In this document: one piece after another, positions 12,454-23,300 of the stretch
Numbering within the stretch: position 1 is the stretch's first letter
How the letters are laid out: the number at the start of each line of letters is the position of its first letter
Source of the DNA: Schizochytrium sp. TIO01
Lineage: Eukaryota > Protista > Bigyra: Labyrinthulomycetes
Direction: 5' to 3'
NCBI GenBank assembly: GCA_004764695.1
Contig: SMSO01000031.1
Span: 9,468,761 to 9,532,760, forward strand
Length of the DNA: 64,000 nt
Made by a program: the position numbers and the translations under genes
Notes under the pieces: model-generated
Databases searched by the model: none
What the model was told of the DNA's origin: nothing
Seen by the model: the letters and a program-made list of their open reading frames with translations, nothing else

Positions 12454-13103
12454 CTCCAAGACCAAGGCAGAAGTTGACTACGCGAGTCTAGCAGAGGAGG
12501 GACTCCCGCACCAAGGTCTATTGCGAGATCTGCTAATCTTGAAATTGGTTTGACTTGCGCTTCGAAGCTTCAACATCAGCTGTTTAGTTTTTTGTTTCAT
12601 TGTGTTCTATTATACTTTGTTTTCTTTTTTCCAAGTTTTCTGCTTTTTGTTCTTCTTCAGTCTTTTACCCTATGGTTTTTCCCGATTGATCTCTTTCTTG
12701 AAAAAGTACCTGAAGATGTGTAAGATTTGCGCACATCTCTCGAGGTTTTGGCATACTTTCAGAGAGTGAGGGACCTTGAGTAGACTTTGATTGGATTATG
12801 TATTCATGTATTTATTAAAATTAAAATTAAATTATATCATGTGATAATTTATAGGCCTACATATATGCTTGTATAGGGTTGATTTTAAAATTGTTTTTGT
12901 GTTTCTTCTTCTATTTAGGGTGTTCTTTTTTTAGTCTGCCGCAATGACGACGATGCGTCGATGCCCATCGCTCGTTCCCACTTCAAAGTCGAAACCTTGC
13001 GTCAGAGCTTCCCGACACCAACGAATTTTGTAGTTGGTCTTTTTGGAGCCCCAGTGGAGGCCAGAAATAGGCTCGATTTTTACTTTGCACTGCAAAAAGC
13101 GTG

Positions 13104-15254
13104 ATGACTCTGGATTCTGGCGCCGCTGTGGACGGACAAGCCGCTCATGGTGATTCCTTGGAGCGACTCATGAAGGAGGTCAACGAGCTGCCGAAACTCG
13201 ACTGGGCACCAGTTCTAAATGCAGGAAGTCTTGAGGAGCTTATGGCGGTGCCAGCTGTTTCAGAATTGAGGTCGGCTGCGGAGATGTGCGGCATGCCACG
13301 AATTTCAACTGGCTGGAGCCTGGGAGGCGAAGAGGTATCTATTACACTTAAAAGAGCGCCTAAATCTGCAAGGGTGGACTCTGCAGCAGGGCCAAGCGGC
13401 AACCAAACTGGTAGCCCTGAAGAATATCCAACCCTCGTAAAGGTTCTACGCGTGATGTTGTGCAGGAATTGTGGAGAAGGTCAACCCGAGGCAAAATTTG
13501 TGAACGAACTTGTGGCGAATTTTTCTCGTGCAACGGGTGTAGAGCTTCGGCATGTGCAATTCAATGCGAGGTCTCAGGCCGTACGAGCAGTCTTTGGCAG
13601 CGCCAAGAAGTCTCAAGCGACACCGTGGAGATACTCACCTAGCTATCGTAGATTTTTTGGTTCTGGAGGTGACTTTCTGGGTGCTGTTGGCGACAAAATC
13701 GCACGAGAGGTGGTGGATGAAGTTTGGGCCGGCGTAGCAGCAGCGCATTATGTTGTAGACGAAGACCTTCGTGCTACTTTGGACCCTGCGCTTCTCAAGT
13801 ATGTAGCGCACGGAGTGCAGAATCCCAGCGAAGCGTTCACACCTTCTACAATTGCTGCAGAGGCACTCGCAGTATACATGCATGGTGGAGCTGGCGTGGG
13901 TAAGTCTACATTTGTAGAGTTGCTATCTCGGGCACTAGAGGGTGCATTGCGCAAATTCGTTAATCCAGACATACAAGTAAACGTAGTGAAGGTGGCACTG
14001 AACTCTATGCGTCCGGAACACTTGCAGCATATTTTACGTATTCAGGGTATATCAGATTGGTCAGTGGAGCGTATGGTGGAGCAAAGTATTGCAAAGGAGC
14101 ATATAGCAATCTTGCACCTTGAAGAGAACCCTGAGGATGAAGCTGTACAAAAGCAGCTTTTCGGCCTCGTGCAAGGTATGGTCGATCATCTCGTAAGCAA
14201 GTATCCTGACCGCCGTGGAAATGTCATCTTTGCATGGACATCAAACTACCTTCCATGCCCGGAAATCCGCAATCAGATGCGCTCGGTCAACCGTGTATCT
14301 GCACCGAGTGCAGATGATCAGTTCCGCTGGGCATGTGACATGCTTAAGGAGACCGTTGGTAAGATCACGTGCAAGATTGTACAAGTTCATGTCGATGATA
14401 ATGCACGTCTCCCCGCGTGCCCAGATCTCCGGCCATTAAACAGCTGGTGGCGTTCCATTAGTTTTTTCGCCTCCAAACTTTTGTTGGACGAAAGCTCTGC
14501 TTTGACCTCATCATCACCGGCTGAGGGAGCTTTGCCATCGATCTCAGTTGCCTGTGTTGCAGAGCATGCTTTAGAGGTTCGCTCAAGCTCTGGGCACCAA
14601 GTGCGGCTAGAGTCCAAGGATGGTTTCTTTTACTGCCCTGCGGAGCAAACACCTCTACAAGCTGTTTTGCGAATGTGCCTTGACGGGTTCTCAATGCCAG
14701 CAGTAGTTTTCATTGACATGAGTGGAGAATCAGCGTCGAAGGACAGCAATGGCGAATTTCGCCAGGATGTTCTGGATCGTGCAGCAAGTAAACTTAGGGA
14801 CTGCGAAGAAATTCTTCTCACGGAGGCTAGGAAGCTAGAAGATATTCACATCCGCAGCACTGATTTGGGTCTCCTTGCTGGCGAGAGCGACAAAGAAAAA
14901 ATTTATGGTGATGCAAGCGAAATTCGGGGTGGCCTGTATCAATTCATTGACGATACCAATAATCCGAATGTACCAGTGAGCAAGGAGCTAGGTGATTGTG
15001 TGTTGTGTGGAGAAGGACAGGTGTGTTCTGCCGCAGATCGTGTGAAAGAGCAAAGGCCTTCTCGCGTTGCTTCGGTGTCTGCAATGGTAACCCGCGTCGG
15101 CCAATTTATGCTCAGAGAGTTGCTTGAGACAAGCGAGCGCTCGCGCACCCACCGCTTCAGTGTGCGAAAGCGCCATTTGGTTTTTTTCCTGGTTGCCTTA
15201 CCAGGCGAATCTCTGTCGGAGCAGGCTCGATCCCGCGCTCAACTTATTCTCTAA
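13104..15254 (+). CDS. Divergent Lon-type AAA+ ATPase lacking the protease domain, with a possible degenerate second AAA module
   Basis: Walker A GGAGVGKST, Walker B ILHLEE, sensor-1 VIFAWTSN, sensor-2-like DLRPL. Lon-like upstream PW...HY...LLKYVA. No GPSAG serine motif. ATG at 13104. Confidence 0.7.
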   Translation: MTLDSGAAVDGQAAHGDSLERLMKEVNELPKLDWAPVLNAGSLEELMAVPAVSELRSAAEMCGMPRISTGWSLGGEEVSITLKRAPKSARVDSAAGPSGNQTGSPEEYPTLVKVLRVMLCRNCGEGQPEAKFVNELVANFSRATGVELRHVQFNARSQAVRAVFGSAKKSQATPWRYSPSYRRFFGSGGDFLGAVGDKIAREVVDEVWAGVAAAHYVVDEDLRATLDPALLKYVAHGVQNPSEAFTPSTIAAEALAVYMHGGAGVGKSTFVELLSRALEGALRKFVNPDIQVNVVKVALNSMRPEHLQHILRIQGISDWSVERMVEQSIAKEHIAILHLEENPEDEAVQKQLFGLVQGMVDHLVSKYPDRRGNVIFAWTSNYLPCPEIRNQMRSVNRVSAPSADDQFRWACDMLKETVGKITCKIVQVHVDDNARLPACPDLRPLNSWWRSISFFASKLLLDESSALTSSSPAEGALPSISVACVAEHALEVRSSSGHQVRLESKDGFFYCPAEQTPLQAVLRMCLDGFSMPAVVFIDMSGESASKDSNGEFRQDVLDRAASKLRDCEEILLTEARKLEDIHIRSTDLGLLAGESDKEKIYGDASEIRGGLYQFIDDTNNPNVPVSKELGDCVLCGEGQVCSAADRVKEQRPSRVASVSAMVTRVGQFMLRELLETSERSRTHRFSVRKRHLVFFLVALPGESLSEQARSRAQLIL

Positions 15255-16624
15255 AATTAATGGCAAATGTCAGTATTACCGTGAAATCATCTCTGTCAGC
15301 TAATACCATGACAATGATGGGGGCAAATAGTTATTTCCACTATATAGCATACATAGCTCGTCGGGCCATAATAAAAGACGTGCTTATCTTTTGTTACCAT
15401 TGGTTGTTAGCAAAACAGAAAACGTTGTACTAGAGAAAAAAATGCATGGGATAGAAAAAGGTCCTTAGTTGTTGAAAAGGATATTCAGCCTCGAATCATG
15501 TTATTTGCAAGGCATTGTAGCCCATTCAAGCTTCAATCTTATGGTCCCTACGTACGCACACTTAACATTAAGACTACCAACAGTTTTGGATCTGGGTTCC
15601 TACCGAATGTTGGGTGTGGTGTGTCTTTGGAACCAACGACCAGATGAAAAGACTCACGAGCAGATGACAAGATTGCTTTTTGACCTTTTGCTGGTTAATT
15701 TTGAAGACTTGATTAAATGCGGTGGATGTGGTAAAAACATGCGTGAACTTAGGGCTTTCATTTGAGTAGAGACATGGTTCTTGGAACTCTGCAAGTCCAA
15801 GAATGCATTCTTTAAGATAGCGTTAGTATTAGTATTTAAATTTAAGAGGTGGTCCTGCTGCTTTATTTTGCCCACAAAATGAAACTTCAGAATGCCTTCA
15901 CACGTCAGTGGCTCTTTACTAAAAAGAAGTCTATGTTTTGTTTGGAGTTTTTACATACACAAGAGCTAATGTAATTCTTGTATTTTGTCCGAGTATGTGA
16001 GGTAGGCATATTGATCCCCTTCTCGAAGGTTGGTCGCTCAAACTAATATTAGAAAGCACAAGGTAAGCTTTTAAGATCCCAGATAATAACAATAACGCCT
16101 AGCCCTTATGGAAGCTGTGTGGACACCGTAAAACTGCGACTCAAATGAGCTCCGACAGAAACTGGACGCCACGAATTAAAAACTAAGTACACTTTAGCAC
16201 ATGCCAAAGTCTACAAGACAAGCAAAACAATAGAAACACTTCAGGTGGGAAATCCGTTGTGATCATTGAAGGTTTGTCGACATTCTTGATGGGATCAAGC
16301 AATCGGAATAGTTACAAATGCCGTTTGTGTCGGGTATGGTAACAACTGGTAGAAAAGTTTAAATCAAGGGGAACAATGATTTGACCAGCAAAACATAAAA
16401 ACTGACGAATCGACGCCTTCACCACGACCTCAGCAGTGTGTTTCTAGGTTCATGGAAACTGTACAAGCTTAAGATGGGTTTTTTGCGTTGTCATATGACA
16501 GCGCAAACAAATAATAATACAGTTTAGTGCAAAGCTACTGGGAGTAGCCGAGTCAAGTGGATTACGTGCATAGGATACATTGGATAGTTAATCAATGGTC
16601 AGCAGAGAGCGAAGTACAAGTTTG

Positions 16625-17314
16625 CTAAGAGGAAGAAGTAAAACTTGTCTCTGAAGACGTACGGACCAAGGGTACATAAACCACGCCGGTTATTACTCTC
16701 GAGGAAACTTTGCCTTGGTCATCCTTCTCATAGCGCCAAAGTTCTTGGTTTTTACCGGCAGGGCCAATAGGGATGACCATAATACCGCCAGGCTTAAGTT
16801 GTTCAAGCAAGGCCGTTGGGAGAGATGCAGCAGCAGCCCCAACGTGGATAGCATCAAAAGGGCCATCCTGGGGACTTCCTTTCCAGCCATCGCCAACGTG
16901 TAAAGGAATAGCTTGAACAAAATGGGGATCATCGTGTTCCAAGTTTTCGCGAGCGAGCTTCACAAGATCAGGAAGGTAGTCAATACCAACAGCTCGTCCA
17001 CCTCTGGGGGAAACCATGCGATGAAAGCAAGCCGTAAGATATCCTGATCCGCAACCTACATCAAGGACGTTTGCGTGGGCTCGCTGGAGCACTGGAGCAA
17101 GTATTTCTAGAGCCCAGGCGTGCATATGCGGAGCAGAAATGGTTGCCTTGAAGCCAATGTGCTGTGGAGAATCTTCATATGGGTTGTTGGGCGCATAAAA
17201 CATACGATCCGTGGCTTGCATTGCCTTGATGACTTCATCAGACTTGCACAGCCCATTTTTATGCAAATTAGCAACGAGTTCTGCATTGCTCGCTGCCGAG
17301 CATCGCCAAGCCAT
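16625..17314 (-). CDS. PCMT1: Protein-L-isoaspartate O-methyltransferase (PIMT)
   Basis: MAWRCSAASNAELV start, ATISAPHMHA, VLDVGCGSGYLTA, GPFDAIHVGAAA, LKPGGIMVIPIG and YVPL. ATG at 17314. Confidence 0.95.
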   Translation of the reverse strand: MAWRCSAASNAELVANLHKNGLCKSDEVIKAMQATDRMFYAPNNPYEDSPQHIGFKATISAPHMHAWALEILAPVLQRAHANVLDVGCGSGYLTACFHRMVSPRGGRAVGIDYLPDLVKLARENLEHDDPHFVQAIPLHVGDGWKGSPQDGPFDAIHVGAAAASLPTALLEQLKPGGIMVIPIGPAGKNQELWRYEKDDQGKVSSRVITGVVYVPLVRTSSETSFTSSS

Positions 17315-20300
17315 AAGATTTTCGCAAAGTATCCTTTGGCTCTCCAAAAGTCTCAACCCAAACAAACAACTCTTACTGTTGCACCACCACTATGAATGGA
17401 AAGTTCGCAGGTCGTAGAGTAGCGCGAAGTAGCATAAAATGATGATACTTGTTGCTGGTTGTTGCAGCTGCCAGGGCGCACTGCAAGTCGTTGCGCTCGC
17501 GAAGAAGAGGCATCTGTTCTCACCTGAGAGAATTTTCTACAGACGAAGTGGGTAAATAGTCCAAGTTCTTATACATGAAAAGGGGAAACGCCATTTTCAC
17601 GCGCTGAGTGAAACGAAATTGTAGAGATTGTGAATTGCGCTAGTACTACAACGAAGGCGGAGCAGAGCAAAGCAAGATGAAATGAGTACGCTGTTCGAGG
17701 AAGCAAGACCCTTCTCGTGGTGAGCACTTTGAATTTGCAGCTGGGCGCCCTCGCTGGCGCACGTGCTCGTCAAATTTGGACACTTGGAGCAATTGCTGTT
17801 CGTCGATGTGCAGTCTCGGGTATTAAGGAAGGCACAAAGGCAGTTGTTTGACTACTACTGTGCACACCTGGTATCTTCAAAGTTGGAGATTCAAGCTAGC
17901 TTGGATCTTTGCTTGATTCCAGGACAAAGTCGTGTGCAGAGTAGCTGCAGGCCGGGTTTCCCTCTTTTGCGGGACACAAGTCCGTAGTCGTTCGACGCAA
18001 GTCGTAGCATTTTGGTGCTACTTTAGTTGTATAGCGCAATTTGGATTACAGAGGCACATTTTTAGAGACACAGATATCCGTGTTTTGATTCATGTGCCAG
18101 TGATGAGGTTGTGCACATCATTTATCATCAATTTCCGTTTCCCTTTTCGAGTATGGAACTGTCGAGGTCGATATCGGGCATGGGGATACACATGTTTGCA
18201 ACGAAGATCATCATTCTCTATGCTTTTTGGTCAGTGGGTATCGCACACTACTCCCAAACTTACAGAGTTTCCGTGTGCGAAGGCACTCAAAACAAAAGGA
18301 CAGTGGTGACAGACAAGTAAATGATGGTCATAATGACCCCTTTCCTGCTGCTGCTCCTATTGGCAATCGTGATGCTGGTGGCGCCGCGATCCTGATCGCA
18401 CACGGCGTGTGCTCTCGATTGCGCAGCCGTTTGCTTTCAATCCCTCCAAGTTCACTGCCTCTGCCGGAAGCGACTTTGTGAGGCTCGCTTGCTTGCTTGG
18501 AGTCCTTCTTCCAAGCTAGTCATGACATAGTGTCAGAATGATTCAGAGCACGGCGGCACAAAGCACACATTCTTCTGCATCGTCGTGGCGGGTGAGAAGA
18601 AATGCAGAAGCAGCTCGGATGCGGCGACTGGGAACTTGCCAAAATGCGGGGTTTCGATGAAAAGGCCTGTCCTTTCTCCATCCCTCTTTCGCTCTCCGAC
18701 CTCCCCCTTTCACGCATGCTGCAACGAGTCTTCAAGTTCTTCGAGCCGACTTCAAGAGTTCTTCAACCCATTCTCCAAGTTTGTCAAGTCCTACTGCCAG
18801 GCCATGTCTTGAACTTGAAGCAAGAAAAGGCGCTTTTGGGGGGCATTGCGACGGTTGTTCCTATCGTTAGCTATGTCTGTCTTATCGCAGTTCTCCACAC
18901 TAGCCTCGAGGCAACAAGTTCTGCTCCTCGGCTATTGGACAGTTCCGTGTGACGACTCGAGGAGAGGCTCGTGCCTGGGCATGCGAACCAGAGCGAGTGC
19001 CTTCATTTCGATCGTTTCGGGCCACCGCAGACGGGAAGCTGGAGCTCGAGCTCGAAGTTTCAAGGTGAGTGCTGTGATCGATGGAAAGTGCCACAGAGAT
19101 TCAAGGGCGCTACGAAGCGAGTTGAGCTGGGGGGAAGTTTGAGCGGGCCCCGGCCGGGATCGCTGCTTATACACTTTCGCACACCCTCGGTTCCTGCTAG
19201 TTCTTTGCTGCTGGTAATCACGCTATCACGAGCTGGGGGGGAGGTCTAGCGGCGCACACGTTTGGAGGAGCTAGTTTGTAGCTCTCACACATGCAATTCT
19301 GATGATCTACGAGCTGTCGTCAGGGCCCCCGCTCGACGCCGCGAAGACCTCGGTGGCTTCCATGATTGCCGCTCGATTGACCCGCACACCAGCTTGACCT
19401 TGTGCCGCTCAGCCTACTACTTGCCTGGCTGGAGATCTTGAGCTTTGCTTCATATCATCATTGTCTCAAGCAGTCGTAGCTACCTGAAACCGCAGATGCG
19501 CGAAAAGACAAGTTCTTCCTCCTTCCTCGAGTTTTATGGAAACTTGAAGAAATATAAAATTAAAATAAGTACATGTATGTCTGTATGTATGATATCTATG
19601 AAAAGAAAACAAAGAAAAACCAACAAAGCGATTATTAAAAACTAGATCTGCAGTACCAGCATTGTGACTGTGACTGAGTAAGATGATTTGCTTGGGTTGC
19701 TACTCAGGAGTAAGATGATTGATAGGAGTAGCTTCTGACTAGCGAGGGTATTGAGTGCTTTTCAAGAGAGTGTGTTTTTTTAATTGCCATTGTTTGATTA
19801 AAAAAACAAAAACAATAAAAAAACATCCTTAAAACCTTACAATATATTTTAAAAAAAAGAAGAAAAAAAAGAGAAAAATGATTTAGTAAGTACCCTGAAT
19901 CAAATTCATCTTGGCGAAATTAGCGAACTTTGAATTTGTCAGCCGATCACAGCAACTTGAAGCGACGATGCAGTGTCTAAAGAATAATCCTAAAGCATGT
20001 AGGATATATATTACATCTGGGATATATACTTTCACTCGCTCAATCACAGTGATCATAGCGATGATTGATTGAGAATTCCTATTTTCTGTAGAGTATTTTA
20101 ATTCTACTTAGTAAGAGATATCTCAAATTGCCCTTCTGTGGTGGTGGCCCCTACTTCCACGCTTTAGGCACTTGGGCTCCATTTCAACATGGATCGATTG
20201 CTGCTTCAAACTAGGTTCTACGTGCAATCAATTTGCTTTCGCATCATCACTCCTTCAGCCTCCCTCCCCCTTTCTAGAAATTGCCGAACCGGTGCTTCAG

Positions 20301-23300
20301 CCAAAGCTTGGCAACCACTCGTCCACCCATTTCGCTCTTGTCGATTAGATGGCTTGATCTGAAGCTCCTTGATCAAGCTCAATTGAGCAAAGATCGCCAC
20401 TCTTGCATCTATTTAGAAAGAAAAAAAGTAACCAAAATAATGATAGTGCTTGCCAGGGCGATCCTCACCCCCCCTAGACTAGCACTTCAAGTGTAGCATT
20501 TAATGGTGTGAGTTCCGAAAAAATATGAACAAGTAAGACTTATTCGAACTCAACGTCGGAATTTCAAGTTGTCAAGTTGGTTGTTGGTTCACGAGCTAGC
20601 TTCAAGTATGATACAAAGGTCATCATGCTTCATATGCGCTGATGTTTTCTCGTTTTCCATTCATGGTTACAAACTATCAAGATGGCAAGATCTCAGTCTC
20701 CAAAACAACAAGCCAAAAGCACCATCGTGCCTGGTATAAATCAATCGATCCGTGGAAGAAGATAATTTCGAAAAAGCATATATAAAAAGAAACAATTCGG
20801 TCATGGTATTCAAGTCAGGGGTGAATTATTGATAATGATGGGGCAATCATGACAAACTATACGACATTTCATTAGTTAAAGTTCATCAGCTAGCTTCGCC
20901 TCTTCGAGTAACTAGAGTATCTAATGGGCTAAGGGCTAGAGAAGAAATTTGAGACTCCTGCACGTGCTGCAACGGCAGAGCAGAAGTAGTACATATGCTT
21001 ACTGGCTATGAATGCTACTTGCGAGTGGAATCACTGCATATCTATAAATTTATTCTCAAGCACGTTAATTCGTGTCGGGCCCCAGACTCAAGAACAAATT
21101 TGCTCGCGAGGTTGCCTTTCCCTCGCTCGAGGATGATCCCTCGCTCGAGGATAGCGTCGTGATTGATAAAATACTTCTCTCTCTCTCTCATTAAGATTTA
21201 TTAAATGATAGTTAGTATTACATAAAAAAATATTAATCAAAATAAAATGTTAAAATCAAATAATTTAAAAATAATTTGTTTCTTTTAGAAAATCAGTATG
21301 TAAATGAGAATGAGAGTTAACAACAGCCCTTACCACCGACCAGCCAAACAAGAGGCAGTCACAGGCAGTAGACAGCCAGCCATCCACCCGATTGCCAACC
21401 AATCGTAAGTGCGCTATGATTATTCAAAATGATTGCAGCTTGTGCGATAGCTATATATTGCTTGCTAGGAAGGATCTATCTGGGCAAGTCGTGCAGGCAA
21501 ATGCACTGAGTGTTGAAGCGCCATGAAAATGTATGATATCTTTAAATCTGTGATCCAAATGTTTATTTTAAATTAGACATTACGAGAAAGATCCATCTAT
21601 GATGGTGATTCGAATCAACAAGTTGAAAGGTGTGCGCCGAGAGGCGGATTTAATACTCTTACAGCTTGAAAGTCTAGATGCAAATGTGGCGAGATTTGGG
21701 GCTTTCTTGTATGTTGCCGTCTCATATTAACCCAGGCATTGTAGTTTGTCATCTCAAGGAAGGCAGCACTGGCAATGTGCCAACATCAGGCTGATTTTCA
21801 ATAGCAGAGCGAAGGATCTTTACTGGATCTTTGCAGGACAGAATGATGGCGATGAGCGTGAAGAGATGGACGCTGCTCACGAGTTAATAGGGCCGCCTTG
21901 AAGTCTGACTTTCCACCCCCTACTACAACGATTGTTACTAATTGGAAGTATCATGATCTACAAAGCCTACGGCTACCACCAATGATGATGGGTGCGTGAA
22001 TCATCGAGTGAGCGAGTGATCTCTAATGTGGAAAGATAATCGTTGAAATCAATCAAATCTCGAAATCGATTCAAAAGCTAAAGACTCTACGGATCATACA
22101 ATCTCTCTGGGAGAATTTCCCAGCTCAATTGATAGGGGATGATTTCGATGTCGCAGATGATGAAGACACACGGGCTAAAAATTTAAATATTCTAGACTGT
22201 ACATTCTTCTGTGTACCCAGCAACATGATATGATGTTTTCCTAATACTAAAAAGAAAACAGAAAAAAATTAAAGACATACCGGATACTACAAATACGAAG
22301 TTCCTTTATTCTGTGCAGCACACGGCTGGCTGTTCTGTGAAATTTTAGGAGCATTGAAATGATGTAGGGTTTACATTCGTAAAAAAGGAATTCTTAAAGA
22401 ATTTGATCTTGTTGTGTCGTGTACCTACTATCCGTTGTCAGCGCTGCAAGTGTTTTGGCCTAGTAAAGATATGAGTCAGAAAAGCTCCTGGAGATGCTAA
22501 CTTGCTCATTATTTTCAGAGTTTCAAAAAGATTGGAGCAGAAAATTAGAATTCGCTGAGTGACAGAATGATATAAACAATTTTCTTTTGGTCTGTCCCCC
22601 TAAAAAACTACTAGCAGTATGAACGAGCATTTGATAGCACGTTTTAATAAATGGTACACAAGAAGCCCGAGCAAAGAGATACGAGTAGATCCCTTGCCAA
22701 ATGCGTATACCTAAGCCGATTTCTGACAAAACTCGAACGAGCGAGTGAACCAGAAGAACATTGATCCAAAGACACACCGAGAAGAAAAGTTCACAAGTTC
22801 TTTAGGATGTCTTAACTGCTTGATATTCTTGCGAGGTTTGTGAACTTGAAGCAAACAACTTTGAAAGCAGGTCCGTTTTGTTTTCTTTTGCTCTTTCGTA
22901 AGAGTTAAACTTGAAGTCCAACAAATTTGAGCATTATGGCCACGACCAAAGAGAGCTACCGTAACATTTACTGCGCCGTCGCGAAAAGTAAATCTCTCCA
23001 ATTCTAAGATAGCTTGCGACTTGTGCTAGCAGTAAAATTAATGAAGACTCCAAAACTTGACAACGACGTTCGGGCTCATCCTTGTCGCTCTTTTCCCGTA
23101 AAAATAAACAAAACTAAAGACTAAAAAAATATTTAATTTGAGCCAAAACTCCGAGTCGTTTATAAGAAATAGAAATAGAAATTAATATTAGAATTCACCT
23201 TTCAAAATGCAGGTATTTCTTTTTAATAAACTAAAAAGAAAAATGAAAAATGAAAAAGAAAACTAATAACTTGAAACAGCAAAAAAAGACGGAATTAATA

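Noticed and set aside
15469-15765. 98-aa ORF with CGGC between the AAA gene and PIMT
   Set aside because: It has a non-ATG start, only a single CxxC, and no supporting motif.
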